DNA of 64,000 nt from Octopus sinensis (GCF_006345805.1 NC_042997.1:49104001-49168000), one strand, 5' to 3'. Positions 23,876 to 37,432 are shown, counted from the stretch's first letter. Numbers and translations are program-made. Notes: generated by a model from the letters alone, not told the origin.

Positions 23876-24005
23876 CTGTTGCAGTTACCCACAGCATTCA
23901 AATCGATGTTGCCGTTGCAAGGACAAGGCTTGCAAGTAGTACGAGGACCATAACGTCCTGTTGGATCACCATAGTAACCATCCAAACAAACTTGGCATAG
24001 ATCAC
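23876..24005 (-). CDS. LAMC1: Laminin gamma exon with nidogen-binding loop
   Basis: [42 protein letters not shown]; atacag| and |gtgaga. Confidence 0.94.
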
Positions 24006-26154
24006 CTGTATGAATATAGCATGGAAATTATTAGTGTCTTGATTTCCAAAAAAAAAATTTATTCCATTCTTTCAAGAATGGTAAATTCCCAAAATATCGC
24101 CTTTAAAACATTTACATCATTGTAACACCAAACTGTTTTGGAAAATGTTAAGAATTTTTTTTTTTTTAATTGTTTTACACATTTCAGTCATTTGACTGTG
24201 GCCATGCTGGAGCACCACCTCAAAGGGTTTCAGTCTCAGAAATCAACCCCAGGACTTATTCTTTATAAACCCGGTACTTATTCTATCGGTTTCTTTTGCC
24301 GAACCACTCAGTTACAGGGACATAAGCACACCAACATCAGTTGTCAAGCGATGGGGGGGGGAACAAACGCAGACACAAAGACACACACACACACACATAT
24401 AGATATATACACATATATACATAGATAGATATATAATGAGCTTTTCTTCAGTTTCCATCTACCAAATCCACTCACAAGGCTTTGGTTTGCCTGAGGCTAA
24501 AGTAGTAAACACTTGCCCAAGGTGCCATGCAGTAGGGCTGAACCCAGAACACCATGTGGTTAGGAAGCAAGCAGCTTACCACACAGCCATACCCCAAGAT
24601 TTTTTTTTTTTTTCTGATGACAGCTAGAGATTTTCTGCTCAAGCTTGCTTAACCTGCTGAGACAGTAGTCAGAGTTCTCTTAACACACACTCAACTTATC
24701 TTAGAATGAGGAGAATATATTGTTTTTTTTCAATTCAACCATTCATTATCAAGGGATCCCTTTGATTACAATTTTATTCTGGTGGACACCCCCATAGCCA
24801 TTTGATGCATAAAAGGTAGTTTTATAGAAACTTCTTTTAAAATACCTATTTTGTTTCTCACATATTCCCTTATGTAGGTTGAACTATGCAAAATGTTAGA
24901 GAAAGAACACAGCTATTTCTTGCAATATATACCAATACATGCATCTAAAGCAAAATATTTTCAGGGGCCCTTGAAATACTATTATGCATCCCCACTTTAC
25001 TATTTTGTTATGCGGACCCCAAAAATCTCATATGAAACCTTAGGGACCATATGGACCCCGACTGAAAACTACTGGTCTACACAGTTCATGAAGAAGATGT
25101 TTCTAAATATAAATTTACTTTAAACTATTATTATTCAATAGAGTACGACATAACATTCACTATGGTCCTTAAATCGGTTGTGGGCCATTCAGTACATGTC
25201 GTGCATTACTTCATATATTTGTACAGGATCTCTGTTCACCTTGTAAACAAATAGTTGTTGGTGAGTTTATGATAGATCACCTAGCAATGTTAACTGTGAT
25301 AGATCAACATCTCATTCAAAAAGAGTGGAACTAATAAATTGTCACTATAAGTCCTACAGTACTTGGGATTTCATAACGAGTAAGAAGGAAAGTAAGTATA
25401 TACAGCTAGCAGGTATATGGTCCAGTCATCAAAAGAAAAAGTTTCCCTCAGTGAACAGTTATTACAAGGGAGATAATTTCTTCAAAATGTTAGGCAAGAT
25501 TAGAAATTTGAATATGAAATTAAGAGATTAGAAGAAAAAAGCAAAGCACAGAATTCACAGCTGGAAATTTAAAATGTTTGCAATACAATTACAGAGATTG
25601 ATATTCAGCTGACTCAATGAATATTTCAAGACTTTCAGTTTGATGTTTCATTCAAGACATGTTGCAACAAATTACATCAAAAGAAGGAATTGCTTCAACA
25701 GTTGTTGCCATTTGACAAAGCAATAACAAGAACCTGACACAGAATCAGTGAAACTAAAATAATTATTTCTCTTTCAAAATCTCAAAGTTACTCATTTTTT
25801 AACATTTGCTATTGATTTACAATTGTAGAACAGAGGACCGGGGAGCTATACAATAAAATAATATTGCACTTTTGAAAAGGTTGAGTAACATCATTATCAT
25901 CATTATTATCATCATTTAACGTCCATTTTCCATGCTGGCATGGGTTGGACGGGAGCTACACCAGGTTCCAATCTTTGGCATGGTTTCTATGGCTGGATGC
26001 CCTTCCTAATGTCAACCACCCCAAAAGTGGTTCTGAGATATAGATTAATTTATTTGGGAAAGGATATGTAACAAAGCAATTCCCTGAAATTATGAAAGTC
26101 CCATGACTCCAAGCATTCAACAGAATAATTAGATTTTGCAAACGAGTTACTTAC

Positions 26155-26340
26155 CTCCATAACCTTCTGGACAGTTTGTACAATGAACACTTTTATCGTC
26201 AAGCTGTGTACAGGTGCCATTATTAGGACAGGGACAGGATCTACAGTCATTTGGGGTTCCACCTTTGGCATCACCATAGAAACCTTCCAAACATTGTTCA
26301 CAGTTACGGCCAGCAGTGTTGTGCTTGCAGATACAACGAC
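26155..26340 (-). CDS. LAMC1: Laminin gamma exon, LE repeats
   Basis: [61 protein letters not shown]; ttttag| and |gtaagt. Confidence 0.93.
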
Positions 26341-27125
26341 CTAAAATTAAACATTATACATGAATACATAAATGTGTGTGTACGTACGTACATACATACA
26401 TACATGCATACAATCATCACCATCATCACCATCATCATTATTTGATGCCCACTTTTCCATGGTTCTCAAATTTTATTTTAGATTTTCTACAGCCACATGT
26501 CTATCCTGTCACCAATCCTCACTTGTTCCAGGCAAGCTAATGTTACCACATGGACAAACATGTTCTCACACATTATTGAAAATGAATGACACTGCTTGCG
26601 TGACAGTGACACTCATTTACAGCTATCATGCAATGTCTAGATAAGGACACAAAATCACACACACACACACACACACACATACATACAAGAGGTTCTTTCA
26701 GTTTCCATCTGTTAAATTCACACACAGGTCTTTGGTCGGCCTGGAGTTATTGTAGAAGACACCCAAAGTGCCACATGGTGGGACTGAACCCAGAACCATG
26801 TGGATGGACAGTAAACTTCTTACCACACAGCCATGCCTGCACCTATGTGTGAGTGCATTTTGAATTACACATAAAATATCCATCACAGAAATAAACAAAG
26901 AAGTGAAGACCAATGATTCTTCATTCTTTGCTTATAAAACCTCCTCAGTTTTTAATAAAAAAAAAAAAGACAAGAGACAGCACTGTATTCATTCAGGGTT
27001 ACATAATAATCACAGTTTAGGCTCATTAGTGGTCAGCTGGATCTAATGTTAGATTATTAGCCAAATATTCCATGAAACATATCTCCCCATCACCAACACT
27101 AATTGAGTTTATGACAAAAGTATTC

Positions 27126-27183
<58 letters not shown>

Positions 27184-27870
27184 TTGGTTTATCTGGCTGT
27201 AGTTAGGTAACATGAGTACATACTTCTCACCACTACTTGAAACAGGAGAACTGCATTGTGAATTTCACAATTGTCTATAGTCATTATTATCATATACTTT
27301 ACAGACTATGAAAGAAATATGCAGACCATCATTTCATATTAAAAAAATTCTATCACCTATACAGTTCAAGTAGAATCTTCGTATATGTCATAATTCCAAC
27401 ATAATGTTTTTTAGCTTTTTGTTTTTCTTTTCATAATGGATACAGGTTGAGTTCTTTTGTTTCAATTCATTTTGAGAATAGTAAAGAATTTAGTAGAATA
27501 ACTCTGCTGTTATTAAGCTGAAATTTGGAATATAAATTATCACAGAATTTTGATACGAAGTTTCAATTTATATGACTTTAAAATGATTAGTTTTTCTCAT
27601 ACAACCAGGAGTGGTCTCTGGTGATTCAGTATCAGGTCTTCATCATATGAAACAGCTAACTTGGACAAGGTTTTTTTTTTTTTTGTTTTTTGCTACCTCA
27701 CTCCATTTTTTTCTCTTCATTTTGTTTCCATATTCCTTTCTGTCATACATCACTGGCTCGAAACATCAAAGACATATCCATTTTTCTTGAGCATCAAACT
27801 AACACACCTTGTTTGTTGTACATTTGGACCATTCATAAACTATTGCTTAACAACAAAAAAGACAACTTAC

Positions 27871-28092
27871 CAGTATTAACGTCACAATCATCAGAGTGAC
27901 CATTGCAAACACATGGTATACATCGGGCAAAAGGACCACCGTTGGGGGGGTCTCTTCTAAAGCCTGGAGAACAAGACTGGCAGTTTTCTCCTAAGTAAGC
28001 ATCGGGGCAAGTACATTGTTCTACCCAAGAAGCTGGCTTGCCAGATGCATAACCTGCAGTCTCTAGCCTGACATCATCAATAAATCCAGTAC
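27871..28092 (-). CDS. LAMC1: Laminin gamma exon, end of L4 and second half of LE5
   Basis: TGFIDDVRLETAGYASGKPASWVEQCTCPDAYLGENCQSCSPGFRRDPPNGGPFARCIPCVCNGHSDDCDVNT; ccatag| and |gtaagt. Confidence 0.94.
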
Positions 28093-28117
28093 CTATGGAG
28101 AAAAACAAAGGTAAGAT

Positions 28118-28855
28118 ATGTATAAAGAGAAGAATCAAGAGTCGATGAAAAAGAGAAGGAAACAGGAGACTCAAGAATCAAATGAAGAGGAGAAATGGGA
28201 GAGTCAAAAGTTAATGAAGAGAAAGAAACAGAAGAATCAAGAGTCAATGAAGAGAAAGAAAGAGAAGAATCAAGAGTCAATGAAAAAGAGAAGGAAACAG
28301 GAGACTCAAGAATCAAAAGAAGAGGAGAAATGGGAGAGTCAAAAGTTAATGAAGAGAAAGAAAGAGAAGAATCAAGAGTCAATGAAGAGAAAGAAAGAGA
28401 AGAATCAAGAGTCAATGAAAAAGAGAAACAAACAGGAGACTCAAGAATCAAAAGAAGAGGAGAAATGGGAGAGTCAAAAGTTAATGAAGAGAAAGAAACA
28501 GAAGAATCAAGAGTCAATGAAGAGAAAGAAAGAGAAGAATCAAGAGTCAATGAAAAAGAGAAACAAACAGGAGACTCAAGAATCAAAAGAAGAGGAGAAA
28601 TGGGAGAGTCAAAAGTTAATGAAGAGAAAGAAACAGAAGAATCAAGAGTCAATGAAGAGAAAGAAAGAGAAGAATCAAGAGTCAATGAAAAAGAGAAACA
28701 AACAGGAGACTCAAGAATCAAAAGAAGAGGAGAAATGGGAGAGTCAAAAGTTAATGAAGAGAAAGAAACAGAAGAATCAAGAGTCAATGAAGAGAAAGAA
28801 ACAGAAGAATCAAGAGTCAATGAAGAGAAAGAAAGAGAAGAATCAAGAGTCAAGG
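28118..28855. repeat. Minisatellite: 27-bp units in a 135-bp higher-order repeat (~5.5 copies)
   Basis: GGAGACTC recurs at 28165, 28300, 28435, 28570 and 28705. Confidence 0.95.
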
Positions 28856-28959
28856 TCAGAGTATAAGTAATAAATCAATTAAAAGTATAACAAAACAATA
28901 AAAAAAAAGAAATAAAAGAAAAGCAAAAAAATATAATAGTAAAAAAGAAAATCTAATAC

Positions 28960-29265
28960 CATCTGTGTTGTATGTTCCTTTGATTTTGATGGCTGTCAAA
29001 TTGGAAAGGAGAGCAATGAAATCTTGGGCCCGCAGTCTTGGTTGCCATTTGTAATCCTGATGTTCGTGGAGACGGAATCGGAAAGTCTGTTCCTTTGTAT
29101 TAGGAGTTGGATTTCCCTGAGAGAATATTGGAGTTGATATCGTCTGACCTTCACTGCCAACTAAAACAACATCCATTATTGAGGGTCTGGAACGGTCATC
29201 ACTGGTCTGGAGTTTGAAGCTTAGAAACTGGTTATAGCTGTGACGCTGGTCATGTAAGTAGCGTT
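28960..29265 (-). CDS. LAMC1: Laminin gamma exon, L4 domain core
   Basis: RYLHDQRHSYNQFLSF...FRFRLHEHQDYKWQPRL...LLSNLTAIKIKGTYNTD; tcttacag| and |gtatta. Confidence 0.94.
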
Positions 29266-30289
29266 CTGTAAGACAAAATTTATTCAATCAGAGAAATAAA
29301 TATCATATATTATATATAGGTGCAGGAGTGGCTGTGTGGTAAGTAGCTTGCTTACCAACCACATGGTTCCGGGTTCAGTCCCACTGTGTGGCATCTTGGG
29401 CAAGTGTCTTCTGCTATAGCCTCGGGCCAACCAAAGCCTTGTGAGTGGATTTGGTAGACAGAAACTGAAAGAAGCCCGTCGTATATATGTATGTATATAT
29501 ATGTGTGTATGTGTATGTTTGTGTGTCTGTGTTTGTCCCCCTAGCATTGCTTGACAACCGATGCTGGTGTGTTTACGTCCCCGTCACTTAGCGGTTCGGC
29601 AAAAGACACCGATAGCATAAGTACTGGGCTTACAAAGAATAAGTCCCGGGGTCGATTTGCTCAACTAAAGACGGTGCTCCAGCATGGCCGCAGTCAAATG
29701 ACTGAAAAGAGTAAAAGAGTAAAAAGAGTATATATATATATACACACACACATGTATATATATCATCATCATTTAATGCTCGCATTTGGTTAGATGGTTT
29801 GACAAAAGCTGGCAAGCCAGGGGGCTGTAGCAAGCCCTATTGCATGCTTAGGCATGGTTCCTCTAGCTGAATGCCCTTCTTAATCCCATATCTACATACA
29901 CACATATGTACAAACACATGCATATATACGTTACGATACATATATAGGTATATATGTATGTATGTAGATATGTATGCGTATATACCAGTTTAAAAGCCAC
30001 TCTATTGGGCAGCTTTTAAGCTAGTATATTGGTTTTAAGCAACTGACCCCAAATGGGAAGATCTACAAACAGATCTCTGACTTGTTTCAGAGAATTTGTT
30101 GCATTTGCTTCCTCCAGACTCATATCCCAATGATGATCATATTTGGCAAAGGACCGAGATCTCTGGAGATATGCTGTGACTGCAAAGACCTGGGCTGCTT
30201 CCTGCACCAGTTCTGCATAGCCCCTGCCCATTCAAAGTACCTTGGATTCCAGAACATCCCACTATGCTTGAGGAGACCTGTTGAGTCAA

Positions 30290-30730
30290 GTACATGAACA
30301 TCGAAATAAATATCAATGGAAATAGTAGTTGTGATACCTGTGTCGGTGGCACATAAAAAGCACCATCTAAACGTGGCCGTTGCCAGCGCCGCCTCGACTG
30401 GCTTCTGTGCCGGTGGCACATAAAAAGCACCATCCAAACGTGGCCGATGCCAGCGCCGCCTTGGCTGGCTTCCGTGCCAGTGGCACGTTAAAAGCACCAA
30501 CCGATCGTGGCCGATGCCGGACTCCCCTGGCACCTGTGCAGGTGGCACGTAAAAAGCACCCACTACACTCACAGAGTGGTTGGCGTTAGGAAAGCCATCC
30601 AGCTGTAGAAACACTGCCAGATCAGACTGGAGCCTGGTGCAGCCCCTGGCTTCCCAGACCCCGGTCAAACCGTCCAACCCGTGCTAGTGCGGAAAACAGA
30701 TGTTAAACGATGATGATCATCATCATCATA
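30290..30730 (+). mobile_element. RTE 3' UTR fragment
   Basis: GGTGGCACATAAAAAGCACC repeats and tail like 57400-57625. Confidence 0.8.
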
Positions 30731-31041
30731 TAAAAAAAAAATGCCATAAACAATAGCAGTAAAGAAAACATAGGAATCCAAAATTTCAGGATTGCAGGTT
30801 CAGATTCAGCCCAGAATGCTTTTAATTTACTCACAGAGTTGGCCTTTAGATTATAAAAATTGTTATCATACCAAAAAATTTGTTATAAAAAGTCACGTAA
30901 AAAAATTGCCAAAAACAATCACAGTAATGAAAACTTGGGAATCCAAAATTTCAGGATTGTGGGTCCAGATTCGGCCAGAATGTTTTTAATTTACTCATGG
31001 AGTCAGCCTGATTCCCAAATGATATATGTTGGGCTACAGCC

Positions 31042-31102
<61 letters not shown>

Positions 31103-31157
31103 TATATTACATTCATCTAATTTCAAGTAGAAGAAAGAAGAAACAAAAATTGCTTAC

Positions 31158-31280
31158 CTGGGGCCATGAAGTAAATGATTTCATTGCCTGACGCCGCCAC
31201 TCCGATCTTCTTAGTTATTGCATTAAACTGAGTAGGAATTTCTCTGTTTCCTCGGTCAGCTGCTTTCCATCTTTGTCTTC
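31158..31280 (-). CDS. LAMC1: Laminin gamma exon, start of L4 (domain IV); acceptor could alternatively be at 31304
   Basis: RQRWKAADRGNREIPTQFNAITKKIGVAASGNEIIYFMAP; |gtaagc donor; two in-frame AAG acceptors. Confidence 0.8.
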
Positions 31281-31651
31281 CTTTAATCAACAACAACAAA
31301 TTACCTTAAAGAATCGTAAGTTATATTCATTCACAGATTTTTTTTAGTTTCATTATTATGACAGTTGAAACCCACAGATCTTATACCGGTTCCAGTTTCA
31401 CGGTTTCCTTGGTGTATAGGTTCCTCACCTGGACAGGACACCAGTCCATTGCAGGTGAGCTGCAAGATGCAGGAGGAAAGAGTGAGTGAAAGTTGTGGCG
31501 AAAGAGTCAGCAGAAGTTTGCCAGAGTCACGTGGAGCTTGGGTGTTTAGCTCATAAACACACACATCGCCTGGTCTGAGATTCAAACCCGCAATCCCTCG
31601 ACCGCGAGTCCGCTCCTCAAACCACTAGGCCATGTGCCTCCAGATCTTATA

Positions 31652-31818
31652 GCAAGTATGTGCAAACTTTTTCAGGAAGTGGGCCACACAAGACATGGCG
31701 CATCATTAGCTGGGCCACGGCTAAAAAAGATTCAAGATAATTTTTTTCATTGACATGACATTCAGAAAGTTCCACAGGCTGCATGTGGCCCATGGCCTAC
31801 AGTTTGCCTGTGACTGCC
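31652..31818. mobile_element. Degenerate hAT/Charlie-like MITE
   Basis: GTGCAAACTTTTT...GGGCCAC...GCATGTGGCCC...AGTTTGCC pattern; ends decayed. Confidence 0.45.
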
Positions 31819-33115
31819 TTAGACTATAACAAACTAAACATACTGTTGCCTAAATCTTACATTAAATATATTTTTAAACTTTAAAATAATATTTATTGTT
31901 CTGATCATACATAAATCATTTACAACTTATTTTAAAATTTCAGTAAAGTTATTCCAGCATTAAGAGAAGTCATTATGAACAGAGCCTTCAATATGCAAGA
32001 CCTATAAAATTGTTCTTAGCATCTTGTTCTTTAAGTTATATCAACCTGAGGATGGGATTAAAAAATCCTTTATCCACATTTAGGCATTTATAATACATCA
32101 ATATGGCACTAAAGAAATGGCATAAAAAACTGGCATTCCATGTTACAACAACAAGGGTTCCAGTTTATCCCAGCAGCAGAACAACCTGCTCTTGAACTTA
32201 ATGTGCAACTGGCTGAGCGCTCCACAGACAACCATACCCTTAACATAGCTCTCAGGGTGATTCAGCATGACACAAAAGGTGACAAGGTTGGCCCTTTGAA
32301 ATATGGGGTCCTACTCATTTTTGCCAGTTGACTGGATTGGAGTAACATGAAATAAAGTCTCTTTCTCAAGGACAGATGCAATGTGCCACCAGGAATGAAC
32401 CTCACAACCTTCAGATTGAGATCCAAATACCTCTAAACACAAAGCCATGTGCCTTCACAAAAGAAATGTCATAAAGCACATAAGCTAACTGCCTTATTAT
32501 CTTAACCATTTGCTTCATATAAATAAATAATAAATGCACAATTTCAAAGCCTAGCCAGGCTCATGGGCCCGGTTTCCTGGTTTCTATGGTGTATGTTTTC
32601 CCCAGCTGGACAGGATGCCAGTCCATCACAGCATTACTCAGTTTTGCTAGTCGAGTGGACTGGAGCAACGTGAAATGAAGTGTTTTGCTCAAGAACACAA
32701 TGCGTTGCCCAGTCCAGGAATCAAAACCACAATCTTACGATTATGATGCTGACACCCTAACCACTAAGCCACGCACCTGCAAAATTATATATATTTAAAA
32801 TTTTCTAAACTTAAAAAAAATACCTTTTAAAGACAAGATATATTTTTAACCTTTTAGCATTCAGACTATTCTGTCAAATGTAAACCTTTTTTATATTCAT
32901 ATTGATTTTTAATTAAACATGCATTATCTTGTAGCTTCAGAATTTTGATAATGTGACTGTATTTTTAGAATGGCATTTAAGGGTAAGATATGATGGGCTG
33001 GATCTGGCTGGATCTGGCTGGTTGGGTATTTTTGAGAAATTGAATGGATTTACAAAAACTTTTAATTTTGAAAGACAATTGATGAGCAAAGAAAGGAACA
33101 AAAATGGAAACGAAC

Positions 33116-33252
33116 CATTGCTGAACTGGCTGAGAATTGAGCGACCATAGAATCCATTCGCAGATTGACAAGAGGAAGAATGACCATAACAGAAACAGGC
33201 AATGCAGCCAAATTTATTGCTTTCTTCCATTCCAAAGAAACCATTTTTACAC
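33116..33252 (-). CDS. LAMC1: Laminin gamma exon, end of LE4 and half-LE5
   Basis: CKNGFFGMEESNKFGCIACFCYGHSSSCQSANGFYGRSILSQFSN; AAG acceptor, |gttcgt donor; phases match neighbours. Confidence 0.88.
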
Positions 33253-34017
33253 CTTTTATTTGAAGGTAAAAGAAGAGAGAATATTAGACAAGTGTATATT
33301 TTTTCACATGCACAAAACGCACGTGCGTGTGTACGCACGCACATGTAAATACAGATAACTATGTGTACATGTGGGTATGAACAGTTTATTGCATATGAAA
33401 GTAGGTGAAGACAAAGATAGTGACCTTACTATTTCGAGCACGAAAATATGTGGGGAGGGAGGTTTCCAGTTTAAAATAGGAGTTACCCACCTTGATTTTC
33501 AATTACCTCCCTTGCATTTAACATAAAGAAAATTTTTTAGGATATCCTTGGACCAACGGTTCACGAAGGAGGGCGGTATCGCCACCTTGGGGCGTTGTTA
33601 GCTCACACAGAGAAAGCAAATGTTATAGCGGGCTTTATGAGAAGCAGTGAGTATTTAGGGGGTCGTAAAATACATTTTAAATACATAAAAAAGAAAATTT
33701 GGTAAGAATTATATTATCAAAGAGCAGAAAAACGACTCATGATGTACCAGGGTCCAATATAGTTTTATTATACAGTTTCACACCATCTATAGCAATTTCC
33801 ATGAAATTTTAACATAGGCAGCATTAGACTTGCAGATTTTATGAAGGTGAACATGCTGGAAGGGACGGTGAAGGGCAATCTGGTTAGTAAACCAATGCAA
33901 AATGAAGCTACTGTCTGATATACCATGATGGTCATTGTAACTTTATGTTCATTTTCCATTCTGGCATGGGTAGGATACAGAATTCAGGGGGTCACAGGAC
34001 CATGTCAAGCTCCAATA

Positions 34018-34302
34018 TCTTTATATATAAAAGTCAAGTTGTGTGTCTGTCTCCTACGATTTAGATTCCTAACTACTCCCACATTTTGTGGTGCATTTTA
34101 ACCAAAACCGGGTATCTTACAGTCGTGATTAATATCGAGCCCTTCTGGGTATTAGCGCGCGTCTACGATTTAAAAAAAAATTTACCATCATTTTTTTTCC
34201 ATTTTTAATGCATTTTTTGCTACTTTTTGGCTATAACTCTCTAAAAATGCTTATATAGTTATTTCCCTTACAAACCCGAGCAACGCCGGGCGATACTGCT
34301 AG
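34018..34302 (+). mobile_element. Non-autonomous Helitron (second copy 61082-61477 on minus strand)
   Basis: A|TC start, CCCG-AGCAACGC-CGGG hairpin then CTAG|T; no TSD. Confidence 0.8.
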
Positions 34303-34634
34303 TCTTATATATGTGCATATGTGTATATGGGTAACATATGTGAGTGTGAGGTGTGGGCAGTCCCACTGAATGCCACTTTGGACAAGTGTCTTCTACTATA
34401 GCCCTGGGCCAACTAAAACCATGTGAATGGATCTAACAGAAAGAAACTGAAAGACATTGTGTGTGTGTGTGTGTGTGTGTGTACGTTTGTCTTGACTTTA
34501 CGTGATGATTTTAAATGAGCATCACCAGCATACAAGCAATGTTACTCTTTTCCATTCTTCCACGAAAAAAAGAAACGTCTGACCATTGGGGAACTATTAC
34601 TTCACTTAGAAACAGGTGAGGTTTTGTAACAGGA

Positions 34635-35110
34635 TCATCATCATCATCGTTTAACATCCGCTTTCCATGCTAGCATGGGTTGAACAATTTGACTGAGGGC
34701 TGGTGAACCAGATGGCTGCACCAGGCTTCAATCTTGATCTGGCAGAGTTTCTACAGCTGGATGCCCTTCCTAACGCCAACCACTCCGAGAGTGTAGTGGG
34801 TGCTTTTACGTGCCACCAGCACAGGGCCAGTCAGGTGGTACTGGCAACGACCTCGCTCGAATCTTTTACACATGCCAGTAAGGCAATGCTGGTAATGATC
34901 ACGCACGAATGGTGTCTTTTACGTGCCACTGGCACGGAGGCCGGTTAGCCTCTCTGGCAACGATCACGCTCGGATGGTGCTCTTAATACCCTACCAGCAA
35001 AGGGCTCGAGTGCCAGTAAGGTGACGCTGCTAACGATCACACTTGAATGGTGCCTTTTAAGTGCCACTGGCACGGAGGCCGGTTAGCTGCTCTGTCAATG
35101 ATCACACTCA
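34635..35110 (-). mobile_element. RTE 3' UTR fragment
   Basis: Reverse complement of the RTE tail and about 60-bp repeats. Smaller tail fragments also at ~21-135, 15535-15625, 17930-18070, 21311-21356, 25900-26010, 47020-47162, 62560-62682. Confidence 0.8.
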
Positions 35111-35393
35111 TATGGTCCTCTTGGCATGGACTGGCCTCACAAATACCATCTGACTAACATAAAAGTGGATATTAAGCAATGATGGTGATGATGTGTATGT
35201 GTATACTACATACATGTGCATGCATATTCAAGGACTACAGGTGAAAAAAATGATTCAGTGAAAATGAGCTGCAGAAGGTTGAAAGCCAGTTTTAAACAAT
35301 CACAAAAGAATTTGTACATATGTCATGTAAAAGAATTTATATAATTTTAATATTATTGAAAAAGGAAATATAAAAATAATTCTCTTCTATTAC

Positions 35394-35501
35394 CTGTCAC
35401 ATTTCTGGCCATCAACATTTGCTTTACAGGTACATTTTCCAGTTGCGGTATCACAGTAAGGAGTGTTATTCAAACTTCCTTCTACCTTACAGTTGCAGGG
35501 T
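35394..35501 (-). CDS. LAMC1: Laminin gamma exon, LE4
   Basis: PCNCKVEGSLNNTPYCDTATGKCTCKANVDGQKCD; attctag| and |gtaata; phase 2 to 2. Confidence 0.92.
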
Positions 35502-35660
35502 CTAGAATGGGAAGAAAAAAGACAATTTAAGAAAAATAGCCAAGAAATATAATTTACACAAATTTAGTAGAATAATACACTATTTTTAACCAACCATAGC
35601 TACTATATTACTCATGATACATTTTTATTATGTGGTAAGGATAAAATCATCTTCTTTGGG

Positions 35661-35691
<31 letters not shown>

Positions 35692-35760
35692 CTGCATTAA
35701 TAAAAAATCTTTTCCTGAGAAGCAAAACACAAACCCACAGGAAAATACCATCACCACAAC

Positions 35761-36087
35761 CAGAGCCGGATTTGCCATTGTGCTTAGGTGTGCTTAAGCA
35801 CAAGGCCAAGTCAACCAGGTGAGGCCCATCTGCCTGCCCCCAAAATTTTTTACAATAAATTTTTCAAATATCAAAAATTCAAAGGCACAAAAAGAAAATG
35901 ACAATCTCCAGACACAACAGAAAAATTCAAATGTTTTTCCTAAAAGTTATAAAAGTGAAATTAATAACGTAAACGCTTTTACATGCTATTTTTTAACAAA
36001 ATTGTGTATAAAGAATTCTCTATACAAAAGTAAGGGGTCTCATAACTTAACTAGCACAGGGCCCCATTTGTCCTAAATCTAGCACTG
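35761..36087. mobile_element. hAT-type MITE
   Basis: TIR CAGAGCCGGATTT / AAATCTAGCACTG; perfect 8-bp TSD ACCACAAC at 35753-35760 and 36088-36095. Confidence 0.85.
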
Positions 36088-37314
36088 ACCACAACAACCA
36101 CCATCATTATCACAGCATGGGCAAAACTATTATCACAACATGACACCAGACACAACCATGTAGGCAGACCAATATCACTAGACTACAGACAGATGAATGC
36201 CACTTGTCCTAACAGATGGCTGGATGTCACTATAACACATAGACACACACAGGCGCAGGAGTGGCTGTGTGGTAAGTAGCTTGCTAACCAACCACATGGT
36301 TCCGGGTTCAGTCCCACTGCGTGGCATCTTGGGCAAGTGTCTTCTGCTATAGCCCCAGGCCGACCAATGCCTTGTGAGTGGATTTGGTAGACGGAAACTG
36401 AAAGAAGTCGGTCGTATATATGTATACATATATATGTATATATATATATGTATATATATATATGTATATATGTGTTTGTGTGCCTGTGTTTGTCCCCGAT
36501 GCTGGTGTGTTTACGTCCCCATCACCTAGCGGTTCGGCAAAAAGAGACCGATAGAATAAGTACTGGGCTTACAAAGAATAAGTCCTGGGGTCGATTTGCT
36601 CGACTAAAGGCGGTGCTCCAGCATGGCCGCAGTCAAATGACTGAAACAAGTAAAAGAGTAAAAGAGAGATGTCTCTTGGCCATCCAGGTAAACGATCAGA
36701 TTTAAAGACATCACTAAATAAGATGACCAAATAGTCAGATATATAGACATCCCTAAACTAGACACGTAATCTGATATGCATTGCCACTAAACAAGACAGA
36801 AGGATGTCACCAGAACAGACAGAGACAGATATACATTACTAGAGGACTTGCAGATACATTCGAGCATCTGACAAGTTATCTGTGGTATTTAGTTACAGCC
36901 TTTTACATTTTTAAGTCCTGCAGAGGTCAAATTTTACATTTCATCCTTCCAGTGTTGATAAAAATAAAGTACCAGTTAAATTCTTGGGTTTGCTTTATAT
37001 TTTCTTATTCCAATAATTCATCTTAGATGTGGATGGAATTATAACAGAAGATAGATGGGTATCACTAGATCAAACTGACATCATCATCACACCACAAACA
37101 CTCAGATACAGCTACATCATAGACAGACAGATTGACAGACACCACCACCACTACAGACAGTCAGATATCATCATAATTAGACATGGCCATCACCACCAAC
37201 AGACAGACAAATATCACCAGAGACAGATAGATATCACCATACACATATAACCATCCCACAAACAGATATAGAAATATCAGCACAAACAATTATATAAATG
37301 AGTAAACAAATTAC

Positions 37315-37432
37315 CTGCAACCATAGTTTGAGAAGTCATAGAAGTTTGCCTGACACCGATCACATCGGTCACCAGTCACTCCAGGTTTACATTGGCATTT
37401 TCCTTGATTATTACACTGAAGATCAACAGAAC
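37315..37432 (-). CDS. LAMC1: Laminin gamma exon, LE3
   Basis: [38 protein letters not shown]; ttttctag| and |gtaatt; phase 1 to 2. Confidence 0.92.

Noticed and set aside
28077-28870. 223-258 aa E/K/R/S-rich and L/S/F-rich ORFs as protein-coding genes
   Set aside because: Fully explained by a 27-bp minisatellite inside a laminin intron; no independent gene signals.
28856-28959. Read-through of the L4 exon giving a hydrophobic tail (IRFSFLLLYFFAFLLFLFF...), i.e. a membrane-anchored short isoform
   Set aside because: U-rich intron sequence translates to Phe/Leu by default, and the donor at 28960 has a good, phase-consistent partner. It would need transcript evidence.
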